The notes below the pieces were generated by a model. That model made no database searches and was not told where the DNA came from. It was given only the letters and a program-made list of their open reading frames with translations. From NCBI RefSeq assembly GCF_006345805.1, contig NC_043005.1:88412001-88476000 (forward strand): DNA of 64,000 nucleotides, given 5' to 3'. This document shows positions 12,926 to 25,787 of the stretch, piece after piece. Made by a program: the position numbers and the translations under genes. The first letter of the stretch is position 1. Every line of letters begins with the position of its first letter. The DNA comes from Octopus sinensis. Lineage: Eukaryota.

Positions 12926-12996
12926 TTATTCTTCACTCTCGCTATCACCAGTATCTCTTCGTGAAGAATTTTGATCTTCTCGTCCTGATGCCCGAC
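12926..12996 (-). CDS. DCAF6: DCAF6 probable last coding exon
   Basis: Pyrimidine tract then taag acceptor, phase 1; (G)RASGREDQNSSRRDTGDSESEE-TAA, an acidic tail; followed by over 1 kb of TE-poor UTR-like sequence. Confidence 0.78.
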
Positions 12997-14368
12997 CTTA
13001 GCAAAAAGAAGAAAATATGGAAAATAGAAAAATTACAAAGTTATAAAAGAAATGATCATCATTCATTATCATCGTTTAATGTCCGCTTTCCATGCTAGCA
13101 TGGGTTGGACGGTTCGACTGGGATCTGGGAAGCGAGGAGGCTGCACCAGGCCCAGTCTGATCTGGCAGTGTTTCTACAGCTGGTTGCCCTTCCTAACACC
13201 AACCACTCCACGAGTGTAGTGGTGGCTTTTTATGTGCCAGGCGAGGCTGGCAACAGCCACGATCGGTTGGTGCTTTTTACGTGCCACCGGCACAGAGGCC
13301 AGTCGTGGCAGCACTGGCAACAGCCACATTTGGATGGTTCTTTCACGTGCCACCAGCATTGATTTTTGATCAAAATAAAAAGTGACACATTGATTTTGTT
13401 TATTAAACAATATTTCAACAGTGTGTCTTTCTCCCTCAGGTTCAAAATAAAAGAATAATGAAAAATATATCATCATCATCATTGTTTAATGTCCGCTTTC
13501 CATGCTGGCATGGGTTGGACGATTTTGACTGAGGGCTGGCAAACAAGATGGCTGCACCAGGCTTCAATCTTGATCTGGCAGAGTTTCTACAGCTGGATAC
13601 CCTTCCTAATGCCAACCACTCTGAGAGTGTAGTGGGTGCTTTTTACGTGCCACTGGCACGGAGCCAGTCAGGCGGTACTGGCAACGACCTCGCTCAAATC
13701 TTTTTACACATGCCACCGGCAAGGTGCCAGTAAGGCGATGCTGGCAACGATCACGCTCAGATGGTGCTCTTGGCACCCTACTAGCACGGGGCTCGAGTGC
13801 CGGTAAGGTGACGCTGGTAATGATCACACTCAAATGGTGCCTTTTATGAAAAATATATGCAGAACATAAATCTATTTACAAGTTTTACTTGTTTGTAACT
13901 GGTTTAAAGAACAGAAAATGGGAAGATAAACAAATACAGGTGCCTAACCAGCCGCTAGCATTTTGTGCCTGTCACCAGTCGAGATTTCACTTCTCAGATC
14001 CCTCACAACCAATGTCCACAAAATTGTGATCACAATGGCCTGTCTGAGAAACGAGCCCCAACAGGTAGGATGGCTGTTACAGTGAGTGTTGCTAGCCATT
14101 CTCCACAGTAATGCCTTTGCAATCATCGCGCCTTTTGTTCTGGGATACACAGCCTACTACTCCCCCACCTTTCTTCTGCTGCTTACTCCTCCATCCTCAC
14201 TTTTTCTCTAGTGAGGTAAGTCATGACTTCTTTTTTTTTACTCAATAATTTGATCTTTTATATTTTTAATGTTTTATTCTTTATTTTCTTCCTGTAAAAA
14301 TATATTTTATAATTAGAGACAAAACTGTTAGTCAAAACGTTTCATATAATTCTGATGGAATTCTCCCA

Positions 14369-15372
14369 TTGACCAAGTCAGTAGCAGAGGTGGATGCTCT
14401 GAGAGCATAGCAGCTAGAATAAGAATGGCCTGGACAAAGTTCAGAGAGCTCCTACTTCTATTGGTAACAAAGGGCCTCTCGCTCAGAGTAAAAGGTAGAC
14501 TGTATGACGCATGTGTACGAACAGCCATGCAACATGGCAATGAAACGTGCTGTGACTGCTGAGGACATGCATAAGCTTGCAAGGAATGAAGCCAGTATGC
14601 TCTACTGCAAGTGTAATGTCAGTGTGCATACACGACAGAGTGTAAGCGCCCTGAGAGAAAAGATGGACTTAAGAAGTATCAGATGTGGTGTACAAGAGAA
14701 ACAACTGCGCTGGTATGGTCATGTGTTGCGAATGGATGAGGACAGCCGTGTGCAAAAGTGCCACACCCTAGCAGTTGAGGGAACCTGTGGAAGAGGTAAA
14801 CCCAGGAAAACCTGGGATGAGGTGGTGAAGCACAACCTTCGAACATTGGGCCTCACCGAGGCAATGACTAGTGACCGAGACCTTTGGAGATATGCTGTGA
14901 TCGAGAAGACCCAGCAAACCAAGTGGGACCATAACCCGTGGCCGATGCTAGTGGTATGTAACCAGCCCACTTATGAGTACCCTTCATTCATTGGACAATA
15001 AAATTTCCTTGCGAAGACCTGTTGAGGCAAGTGAAATCAAAATCACTGACATGGCCAATGACAGTACCACCTGACTGACTCTCGTGCTGGTGGCACATAA
15101 AAAGCACCATTCGAGTGTGGTCTTTGCCAGTGTCGCCTTACTGGCACATGAAAAACAACATTCGAGCGTGGTCGTTGCCGGTACCACATGGCACATAAAA
15201 GCACCCACTACACTCTCGGAATGGTTTGCGTTAGGAAGGGCATCCAGCCATAGAAACTCTGCCAGATCAAGATTGGAGCCTGGTGCAGCCTTCTGGCTTG
15301 CCTGTCCTCAGTCAAACCATCCAGCCTATGCCAGCATGGAAAGTGGATGTTAAACGATGGTGATGATGATGA
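14369..15372 (+). mobile_element. 5'-truncated RTE-clade LINE (ORF C-terminus, 3' UTR, (GAT)n tail)
   Basis: ARIRMAWTKFRELL..., QLRWYGHVLRMDED...GRGKPRKTWDEVV; ends CATGGAAAGTGGATGTTAAACGATGGTGATGATGAT. Confidence 0.88.
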
Positions 15373-16276
15373 CATCAGTCACAAGAGGGAATTTATTTTC
15401 CCTGCCACCCATGGCTTTCTCCCTGTTCTTCCACTGACTGAAGAATGTCAAAGACCAGCTTTCATATCTTCTGAGTTAATGTTATGATGAACAGCCAGAA
15501 TCTTGGTCTGCCCTAAAGGAATAGTATGACCTTTGGTGAAGTTGTGTAACCTTACTCCCTGGTCAGCTCTGACCAGTCAAACCCATGAATATGATTTGTG
15601 TCAAGTTAATGGCATTTTATGTCAAATGAAAATTCTGTTGTAGATTTGGAAAAAAAAAAAAAAGAAATGAAAGTAATCAAATAGACTAAGGATATTTTAT
15701 TCAAATTATTTCACTTTTCCTTTCAAAACGCCCCCCTCCCCATTCATTAAAAATGCCTCACTTGACCACAGTAAAAAGCTGATTGCAATCTAAGGACAGA
15801 AACAAATAAAAGAAGGCACAGTTGAACCATTTGGGAAAAACTTGTTTCTGATTTCATCACAAAATCAGCAAATTTAAGGGTGCCTTGTGGGTAGCATCCA
15901 CCCCAGTACTTAACTGGTACTTTATTTCATTGACCTTGAAAGGATAAAAGGCCAAGTTGACATTGGCAAGATTTGAATTTAGGATATAAACATTTTGAAG
16001 GAATACAGCAAAGCAATTTGTCTGATACACTAATGATTCTGTCAGCTTGTTGCCATGGAGATTGGTAAAATATTAAATCTACAAGAAGTAAAAGCTGGAT
16101 CTAATTCTTCAGTTGACCATTGTAATTTCTATTGCTTGTTAACTCACCCTAGTCAGCTCTGAGCCAGAAAAGACATCTTCATGATAATTTACAAGCATTG
16201 TTGAAGTTTGTGGTGGTGGTCATGAATGACAAGATGAAATAAAGCTCTATAAGCTATCTTCAGTGTGTGAACTTAC

Positions 16277-16382
16277 CAGAACGAATTTGATTGAGAGATG
16301 CCAAAACACGCAGCATAAATGCAGCTGGTACCGTTATTGTGTCTCGCGTTTCATCCAACATTATTTCATTCCGATGCATAAT
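16277..16382 (-). CDS. DCAF6: DCAF6 penultimate coding exon
   Basis: [35 protein letters not shown]; 106 nt. Confidence 0.96.
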
Positions 16383-17108
16383 CTGAAAAAAAAAGAAAAT
16401 CATTTTTCTAAGCAACATTGATTCCTTAAAGAATTTCAATAAAATTCAAATAAACAAAAAAAAAAAACATTTCTAATTGTTCTTAAACTAAACGAAAAAA
16501 AAGCACCACAAAAACTTTTGCTCAGCCAAATGACCAGAAAGACACAGAGAGAGAGCAGGATTCCTTCAAATGTCTCCTTAGTAAAACGTGGACCATTCCC
16601 TTATTTGCCAAAATTCTTCCATTGGTAACTATTGTTGATTAATAATTCTGGCTTTGTGTGTCTCTTTACTTCTCCTTCTGTGGTACCTTTCTCAATCATA
16701 AATTAACATCATCCCACGGTACCTCCAAACACAACTTGCCAACTTCCAACAAGATGGCTCGTTCAGTACCTTTTGGTCAATAGCATTCTAGAACACCAAT
16801 TACATCAATCACTTTTCTTTTTTTGGTCAAGGCATTAAACCAATTCTTGAAATGAAGTAACACAGTTGATTGATTTGATTTTAAGACATTTCTGGTCCTT
16901 ATTCAATTAGTCCTCAAAAACATTCTGATAATAGTGAACCTACTGGAACTGAACTCAGAACACTGAAGTATGAAACTGGTTACAGTTATAGCTCCGAAAT
17001 GTTTCACTTCCTTCCAACATCTGACACCAATTAGCTGGACATTAATTCACCAAAACATCGTTTGCAATAATCTAATTTAATTTGTGCTAAAAATTAGAGA
17101 CCGCTTAC

Positions 17109-17197
17109 CTCTTCGGCTTTAACTTCATCAAAATTTGGATGTTCTTCCAAAGGCTGCCAGATCTTGATGTCATAGTCTATGCCACTTGATGCTAAAA
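17109..17197 (-). CDS. DCAF6: DCAF6 exon, C-terminal WD40
   Basis: (I)LASSGIDYDIKIWQPLEEHPNFDEVKAEE; 89 nt. Confidence 0.96.
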
Positions 17198-18631
17198 CTA
17201 ACAGAACACAAGAACAACATACAGAAGAGGAATAAAACAAAATATCCACCACCCAAGGAAGAGTTTAATAAGATTTTTTAGACCAACCAATATTTAATTT
17301 AATTCCGGTTCCTTCAAAAACATTGTGTTCCATGTCTGCCTGATTAGTACAATTGATAAACAACTCCAGCATGCCTTGTCAAAAGACAATGTCTTCCCAG
17401 AAGAGAATCCCTTAATCCCAAATCCCATTCTGTTCATTGCTTAAGATAGGTGAAAAAATAATATATAATTCTCATCAACACTTTTCTTCACAACTGCACC
17501 AAACAAAAGACACATTCTACAGCCTGTTGGAAGAACAAAGAGCTAATCCAGTATAAAAGACATTTTTGGACAAAGACTAGCTGTACTCTTACATCAACAC
17601 ACATTTTTTCTGTGCTGGATGACATGACCTACACTCTGGATAAGACCTTCCAACACTCAGCTATGAGCAACAGGAAATAATTGAATGAAACGAAGTGAAG
17701 TCAATTATTACAGGATTTGAACTCAGAACAGAGATAAAGTAAATACCACAAGTTATTTTGTCTTCTGCTAAAATTAGCAGCCAAACACCCCACCTCATTC
17801 CTATATATGCCATGGTCATATCTCAAATGTCTCTGATCACGGGTAGGTTTGATCAGAGCCCCACAAAATTTATAACTGCAATGATATTCCAGAAGCTTCA
17901 GTTATAACCCTGACATTGGTCTGCATGGCTGCTGTTCAAAGACTGAAACAGATGCAATGGAATATAAGCATTGCAGGAAGTGAAATCCACAAATTCCTCA
18001 TGCAACATCCTCATCACATTCTTCTAAAGAAACCACATTTCCAGGAGATCTCTTGAAGATCAAAACATAATTGCACTGTCATCATAGAAAACTATTCTTC
18101 ATCCCTGTCATTGTTATTTTAGCATCCAGTCTTCCAGTCTGGCCAGTGTTGAGCAAATAATCTACATTTACGGTATTGTTCCAAATCCAAAATAAAGAAT
18201 AAATAAGGTACCCAGTACACTCTGGAAAACGGTTGGCATTAAGAAGGCATTTAGCTGTAGAAGCCATGCCAAAAGAGACAACTGGAGCCTGGTGCAGCTC
18301 TTTGGCTTGCCAGCTCCTGTCAAACCATCCAACCCATGCCAGCATGGAAAATGGACATACGATGATGATGATGATTCGTTTTGAAGACATGAAAGGTCTC
18401 TGGTTACAGAGAGAAAGAAGTAAGGAGATTGCATGCAACATTCATTTTCTTTTTTCTTTCTCAGTAGCATGAGCCACTTAAGCAAATGGTGGCAACTGGC
18501 AGTAAAAACCAGATCATAATTCCAGCTCATTGTGGGCCGAATCAAAGACAAAACTCATACAAAAGAGCAAGAATGGTGGTTAGCGATTTTAGAAGGAATA
18601 TAAAATAATAGTGTTGATTTGGTTCACTTAC

Positions 18632-18788
18632 TTGGATAAAATGGATGGGGCTGCAGACAGTTGACCACATGACGGTCAGCCTCTAATAACATCGCCAGAC
18701 GTCCAGTGTAACGATCCCAGAAGAAGATATGGCCACAATCTGACCCACTCATTACAAATTGATCACTCCAGAAATTTGCTTCTTTGAT
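18632..18788 (-). CDS. DCAF6: DCAF6 exon, C-terminal WD40
   Basis: [52 protein letters not shown]; 157 nt. Confidence 0.96.
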
Positions 18789-19101
18789 CTGATCAAATGA
18801 AAAATAAATTACAGCCATTTAATTATTAGATTCAATCAAACAAACACACATCGGGCTTTTATTATTGCTTTCATCTCACGTCAAACTACAAAGATCCATG
18901 AATGGTTTATCTTGGATTTCTATATAAATGGTAAGTTTATGAGAGGAATATGTTTCTATTTCACACACACACACAATCATCAACTTGTTTAGGTGTTAAA
19001 CAGGTCCCCCCCCACCCAACACAGTGTTTCTTTATTCCTTTGTAATTTTCTTTCTGTGGCTCAACATCTTGAAATCAACTTTCACCATTTCCATGTCACA
19101 C

Positions 19102-19150
<49 letters not shown>

Positions 19151-19152
<2 letters not shown>

Positions 19153-20188
19153 CATCATCGTCGTTTAACGCCTGCTTTCCATGCTGGCATGGGTTGGATG
19201 GTTTGACTGAGGGCTGGCAAGCCAGGAGGCTGCACGAGGCTCCAATCTGATCTAGCAGGATTTCTACAGCTGGATGCTCTTGCTAACGCCAACCACTCTG
19301 AAAGTGTAGTGGGTGATTTTTACATGCCACTAGCACGAGGTCCAGTCAGGCAGTACTGGCATCGACCACACTTGAATGGTGCTTTTTACATCCACCTGCA
19401 TGGAAGCCAGTCAGGCGGCACTGGCATTGATCATGCTCAAATGGTGCTTTTTATGTACCACTAGCATGGGTGCCAATCAGGCAGTACTGTCATTGGCCAC
19501 AACAATGACTTCACTTGACTCAACAGGTCTTTGCAAGTGCAGTTTATTGCCCAATGATTGAAAGGTACTCTTAGATGGGCCGGTTATGCTGTACTGGCAT
19601 AGGCCACAGTTACGGTCTCACCTAGCTTGCTGGGTCTTCTCAAGCACAGTATATCTCCAAAGGTCTGAATCATTTGTCATCGCCTCCATGAGGCCCAATG
19701 TTTGAAGGCTGTGCTTCACCACCTCATCCCAGGTCTTTCTGGGTCTACCTCTTCAATAGGTTCCCTTTACTGTTAGGGTGTGACACTTTTTCACACAGCT
19801 GTCCTCAAGCATATGCAACACATGACCATACCAGCGCAGTCATCTCTCTTGCACACTACATCTGATGCTTCTTAAGTCCAACTTTTCTCTCAGGGTGCTT
19901 ACACTGACATTACACATCTAGTGGAGCATACTGGCTTCATTTCTTTCAAGCTTACGCATGTCCTCAGCAGTCACGGCCCATGTTTCACTGCCGTATAGCA
20001 TGGCTGTTCGCACACATGCATCATACAGTCTACCTTTTACTCTGAGTGAGAGGCCCATTGTCACCAAGCAGAGGTAGGAGCTCTCTGAACTTTGCCAAGG
20101 CTATTCTTATTCTAGCAGCTACAATTTCAGAGCATCCACCTCTGCTACTGACTTGGTCACCTCGGTAATGGAAGCTATCAACTACTTG
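19151..20188 (-). mobile_element. 5'-truncated RTE-clade LINE, same family, opposite orientation
   Basis: Reverse complement of 14369-15372; VVDSFHYRGDQVSSRGGCSEIVAARIRIALAKFRELL. Confidence 0.88.
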
Positions 20189-21589
20189 TGTGGGCCTGCG
20201 AGACCCTGGGATGGGGGACAGCAGCATCTTGTACCTGAAAAGAAAGCTCACATTTGGTAGAACTCATAAACATACAATAGCCTTCATTCAACCTGCATAC
20301 ACTACACTGTCATTTTGTGCGCTACATAATCACTACATTCCATAGGAGATAAACCCTAAGCAGGGATGGGGGAACATTTAAGCTGTTGGAGTCGTTCAGA
20401 GGAAAGACATCCGATAGAAGTCAGAGGATAAAGACTTCTTATATAGGTGGTGGGGGTGGTATGAGCAGATGCACCATGAAACAGAAACACTCTGGCTGCC
20501 AGTGTGAAAGAACAACAACAACGACAACAATAATATTAATGAGATAGAAATGGACATTTGCATTCTCAGCTAGAGCTATAACCAACGGTTTTCGGTCAAT
20601 CAAACTGTAAACAAAATTAGATAAATGAATGAATAACAATAATAAATGTGTGTGAAAGAGAAGGAGAAGGTAAAAAGAGGAAGAATTGGATTGAACGCAG
20701 GGATCTTAAGTTTTCTCTAGCATACGGCATGGAAGACTAAGACTAAACTGTGGGTACATAGACAGATAACGAAGTAAGAAAGTAATTATAATTAGCACTG
20801 TAAAAAGAAGTTTTTAGTTGGAAAACTAAGTTGCTTATCTGAACATCTTGGACTTCTACTTCATGGGGCAACAGGATTTATATATATATATATATATACC
20901 CTCTTTGTAATGTTGGCAAATGAAATAAGTATAAAAATGTGCATTGACCATTTAATTAAAAAAATTCTATATGTGGCTGAAGATTGCTCGACATTTTAAA
21001 ACTGATGTAATACTTACAGTGTTTAATAAAATGAAGTAGCATGAAACGATTGTACTACACTACCTTGGATATCCTTGTTGCTTATTTTGATTATAATCAC
21101 CCCATTTGATTTATATGGATGACAGCATACAAAATTCTGGTGCCTTTAACTTAAGTACCATATTCATCTGAATCTAAATTTTGCTGAACATATATATATA
21201 TATATATATATAGATACATACATATGCATATGTGTGTATGTGTGTGTGTCTGAGTAAGCATATAAGTTGTGGTAGTGAAGGGGACAAGGACATACAACAA
21301 ACACCCCAACCTCCTTCACTACCACATACCTATATCTGGGTTTCTGTGTTTCTTTAAATTTCCACCTACTGCACCATTTCTTCTTCTCTCTCTTCGTCCC
21401 TCCTCACCCATTCCCTGTACTTTATCTGGATGGTCATGGCCAGAGTGCCTTTGATCATAGGTCTCTTGGACCAGCGCTGCAATCCTTAGTCTAAGCCCCA
21501 ACAACAATACCCTCCGCCTACAGTTACACAAACCCCATTGCTGTCTGCCAAAGATAAAGCACACTCACAGCCTCAGGTTTGGTACTCAC

Positions 21590-21776
21590 CATAGTTCTTG
21601 CATTCCGGTGACCCTTGAATTTGGTCTTAATCGATGCTTGGAATACCCTGTTCATTGCTTCTTGTTCTTCTTTGAGTCGTTCTTCCTTCTTTCGACGGTA
21701 ATATTCTTGAAGTTTTGCTTTGGCAATATTTCTTTTCGTTTCACTGCTGCTGCTTCCACTGCTGTTGCCGCCATCA
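21590..21776 (-). CDS. DCAF6: DCAF6 exon with IQ-like motif and start of the C-terminal WD40
   Basis: ...IAKAKLQEYYRRKKEER...KTKFKGHRNARTM; 187 nt; cag / gtgagt. Confidence 0.95.
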
Positions 21777-22992
21777 CTGAAATGTTGCAGAAAGGAATCT
21801 CTTGGAAACGGTTATCACAACAATACTACAAGGAATTTTCGGCACTGTGGCATCATTTAAGATACAGTTGGGATCTCTTTGTGCCACAACAAAACATGTT
21901 AAATCAACAATTTCCTTGAACCCTTTAAGCATTTAAACAGAGCACAACTAGCCCCAAATATCCTCCCTGTTTTATGTTCAAACTGACCAGATCCTGCCTC
22001 TCACACCTACCCTATAATGTCATTCTAAAAATAAACAATCATCTTCAAAATCTGAAAGCTATGAGATAATACAGGGTTAATTCAAAACAATTTGAATGAA
22101 TAAGCCATACATTTGACAGATTAATCTGAATTCTACAGGATTAACAGCAGTTAAGCCTCTTGTTGGATAAAAACATATGCACATGCTTGTGTGCATATAC
22201 ACACACATACACAACTTCCTCTTCCTTCATTATATGATTTCATGTTTTGGCAAAAGGCCAGCAGTTTTGTAATCCATGTAATCAGGGGTTAGCTAATTAC
22301 ATTGACCCCCAACAACTTGATTGGTATTTTGCCTTTCATCTTTTGGGATCGATAAAGATGACCTCAGCAGGAATTGAACTCAGAACATTTCTTCCGATGC
22401 TCTCATGATTCAGCCAATCTGTCGCAGAATAACATCACAACCCTCACAGATTGTCCAGATATTCCTTAAAAGTTCCACTGCAAAGAGAAGAGACTGCCAT
22501 GGCCAGTGGTGGTCATTACTGAACGTGTGTTGTCCATGCTATCATGGGCTGGACAGTTTGACCGGAGCTGGTAAACTGGAAGGCTGCACCCGACTCCAGT
22601 CAGATTTAGCATGGCTTTCTATGGCTGGATGCCCTTCCTAATGCCAACCACTCCGAGAGTGTAATGAATGCTTTTATGTGCCACCGGCATAGATGCTATT
22701 TGCGTGATACTTATATCTGCCATGACTGCGATTTTGCTCGGTTTCATGGGTTTTCTCAAGCACGATGTGACGGCAAGGGTCTTGGTGATTGCTTCCATGA
22801 GGGCCAAGAGTCGAAAGGAATTCAGATACTTTGCCTTCATGAGGCCCAATGCTTGAAAGGTGCTCTTCACATACCACTGGCACAGGTGCCATTACGTAAC
22901 ACCAGCATCGTCCATGACTACGACTTCACTCAGCTTGATGGGTCTTCTCAAATGAAATGGGTATAATTACGCGGTAAAACAATTACCTACAT

Positions 22993-23225
22993 GGTACTTG
23001 TTCAGTTATATAAAAAAAAAGTAAATAAAAATTAAGTGGGAGATAAGTAGTAACAGAAGCAAAGGGACATTGGGTATTAGGTGGTACAGAGAGAGTCTCA
23101 AGAAAAGGTTTTTTTTGGCCGAAGTACCTGACCGCACAGAAGAAACTTTAACTGAACTGATACAAAAGTGGATTTTGCCTGGGTCTCACATAGTCAGCGA
23201 TGGATGGCAAGCATATAATAAGAAG
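22993..23225 (+). mobile_element. Merlin (IS1595-superfamily) transposase fragment
   Basis: GHWVLGGTERVSR (frameshift) VFLAEVPDRTEETLTELIQKWILPGSHIVSDGWQAYN resembles the Merlin WVxGG...VPDR...LPG...SDxWxAY motifs. Confidence 0.8.
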
Positions 23226-23348
23226 TATTAAATCATTTGCTGTAGGTCAACTTCCAGAAGCCATCTACACTCTACCTCATCTCCTAAGTACCCTATTAGT
23301 CAGGTACCCAGAACTTTAATGTCATCATCACAAGGACCCTCAACTCAC

Positions 23349-23478
23349 CATCGTGTGCTACTCCCACTCTGAGTTGGTCTGAACACAAACTCTTCATCAC
23401 TGCTCTCTTCTTCATTGGTTACGTTCTCAGCTGAAGTTGTTGCTGTGGGGAAATTGCTCGAACTTCCGCAGGCTTGAT
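23349..23478 (-). CDS. DCAF6: DCAF6 exon (acidic linker)
   Basis: tag / gtgagt; open (D)QACGSSSNFPTATTSAENVTNEEESSDEEFVFRPTQSGSSTR; phase 1 in, phase 2 out, which bridges its neighbours exactly. Confidence 0.82.
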
Positions 23479-24133
23479 CTAGAAATAACAGACATTAAAC
23501 ATCAGAATGACAGAGGCAATGGAACAGAAAAAGAAAAAACTTTCATTCTATAAAATCTTGTATCATCTCTAAACACTCATGATGACTACATCATCATCAT
23601 CATCATCGTTTAGCGTCCATTTTCCATGCTAGCATAGGTTGGACCCACTAGCATGGATTGGACATACTGAAGGGGACCAACTCCTGTCGCTATTACTACT
23701 ATGAAAAATGTGGCAAGGGAACAACAAAAAGAACATATGGTAAAACAGAAAAACGCATGCAATGGGTATAGTGAAGCTCAACCCCTCATCACTTGTGAAC
23801 CAAATAGCATCACAATTTCAACATCTTCCAAGAAGACTGTTCAATTTGACTGTGTCAGCATCACGAGATGTTGGGGTATAAAGATGTGGCTGTGACAGAT
23901 GAACAAGGAAAGGGGTGGGGAAGAGAGAGAGATGAGTACAATATCAAAAAATGATGAAGTCTGTAGACCAAACAATAAAGACAAGTTATGAGGAGAACAA
24001 GGAAAAAAATTATATATATAATGAAACAAACAAACAAAAACAGAAAAAGTACAAAACAACACTGGGAGATATTCATTATTACTACTACTACTACTACTAC
24101 TACTACTACAACAACATCAAATGATTGCTATTA

Positions 24134-24684
24134 CGAAGGTGAGTCAAAAAGTAATGCCATTTTGTTTAGGACAGGTATAATTACCAACACAGGAACATGT
24201 ATCATACACCAAAATGAAGCTGGTCCTCTGTGGATCACATCCCTACTCCTCAGCATAGTCACCATTTCTCTCAATAGCAATGTTCCACCTTCGAATGAGA
24301 GCATGTATCCCTGCCCTGTAAAATTCTGTTGACTGTTCTTTGAGCCACTTCTTCGCTACAGTTTTCACTTCCCCATCACTGGAATAATGTTTGCTTCTCA
24401 AACCCTCTTTCATGGAGCCAAAGAGATGATAGTCTGAAGGCACTAAATCTGGTGATGAGGAAGTGAAAACTGTAGTGAAGAAGTGGCTCAAAGAACAGTC
24501 AACAGGGATACATGCTCTCATTCAAAGGTGGAACATTGCTATTGAGAGAGATGGTGATTACGTTAATAAGTAGGGATGCGATCCACAGAGGACCAGCTTC
24601 ATTTTGATGTATGATACATGTTCCAATGTGTTGGTAATTATACCTGTCGTAAACAAAATGGCATTACTTTTTGACTCACCCTCG
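24134..24684. mobile_element. Fold-back non-autonomous mariner derivative
   Basis: TA on both sides; ends CGAAGGTGAGTCAAAAAGTAATGCC / GGCATTACTTTTTGACTCACCCTCG; transposase C-terminus PDLVPSDYHLFGSMKEGL...LIRRWNIAIERNGDY. Confidence 0.92.
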
Positions 24685-25408
24685 TACGATTACAGCTATA
24701 ATGTTGATTTCTGCTGCTGTTGCTACTACTACTACTACTACTATTACTATTACTGACACTTAGGTTATTCTCACAGAGTTCAGTCTGTGATGAACAGTTG
24801 AAACTAGTTTAAGAATTGCTGGAATATATTGATGCAGCAGGAACTCAGAATTTGTAACTTGAGGAATATTGTTAATAGCTGCAGTTTTGGATATTTCTAC
24901 ATATTGGTGCTGCCTCCCCCACCCCCACCTCTTGACTGTTTCTTCATGACTTTCTGAGAAATGCATGTGTTTTTTTAATGAAATTTCATGAAAACAATTG
25001 TAAGAATTGTTGAATGAAGGAGAATGGGAATCTTCAGTTTTGGTTGTTTATCTGTTTTACTGTTTAGAAAATTTACAAGTAACACAACTGTTCCAAGGCA
25101 AGAAAACCAAGTTACACTGCCAAGTACTGTTCATGGCAGGAAAATGTGTGTTCTGAGAGAAGCTAGAAGTATGTTTGGAGAAGCGATGGGTGATTTAGTG
25201 TTAGCAGTGACAGTTGGTTTTTATAGTCCAACAATTTGACAATCGTAAAGGACTGCTGTGTGGTAAGCAGCTTGCTTACCAACCATATGGTCCTGGATTC
25301 AGTCCCACCACGTGGCACATTGAGCATGTGTCTTCTACTGTAGCCTCAGTCCGACCAAAGCCTTGTGAGTGGATTTGGTAGATGAAACTGGAAGAAGCCC
25401 ATTGTATA

Positions 25409-25460
<52 letters not shown>

Positions 25461-25787
25461 CAGCAAAAATCCTTAACCCCTCTCATCCCTTAACCCCTAT
25501 GACCCTTTTGATGCCAATCCACCTCTGAGACTGCTTTTTGGTCTACAAAACAAAAGTTCTTTGAAATTGATCTCAACTGAAGCCTTCCATCAAGTTTTTG
25601 TGTTCCAAACACCAGGTTTATAATGAAGAAAGGCATTTTATTAAATTCTTCATTATGTGAAAATTAATTGAAACAAAGGCAGGGTATTTCAACACGAAAA
25701 GGTTTAGCAAGTGAAATGGGTGCCACGTAAGAAGGGAAACAAACAATGTCCTATGAAGAGAAAGAAGATATTTTGATAATCCTTTAC

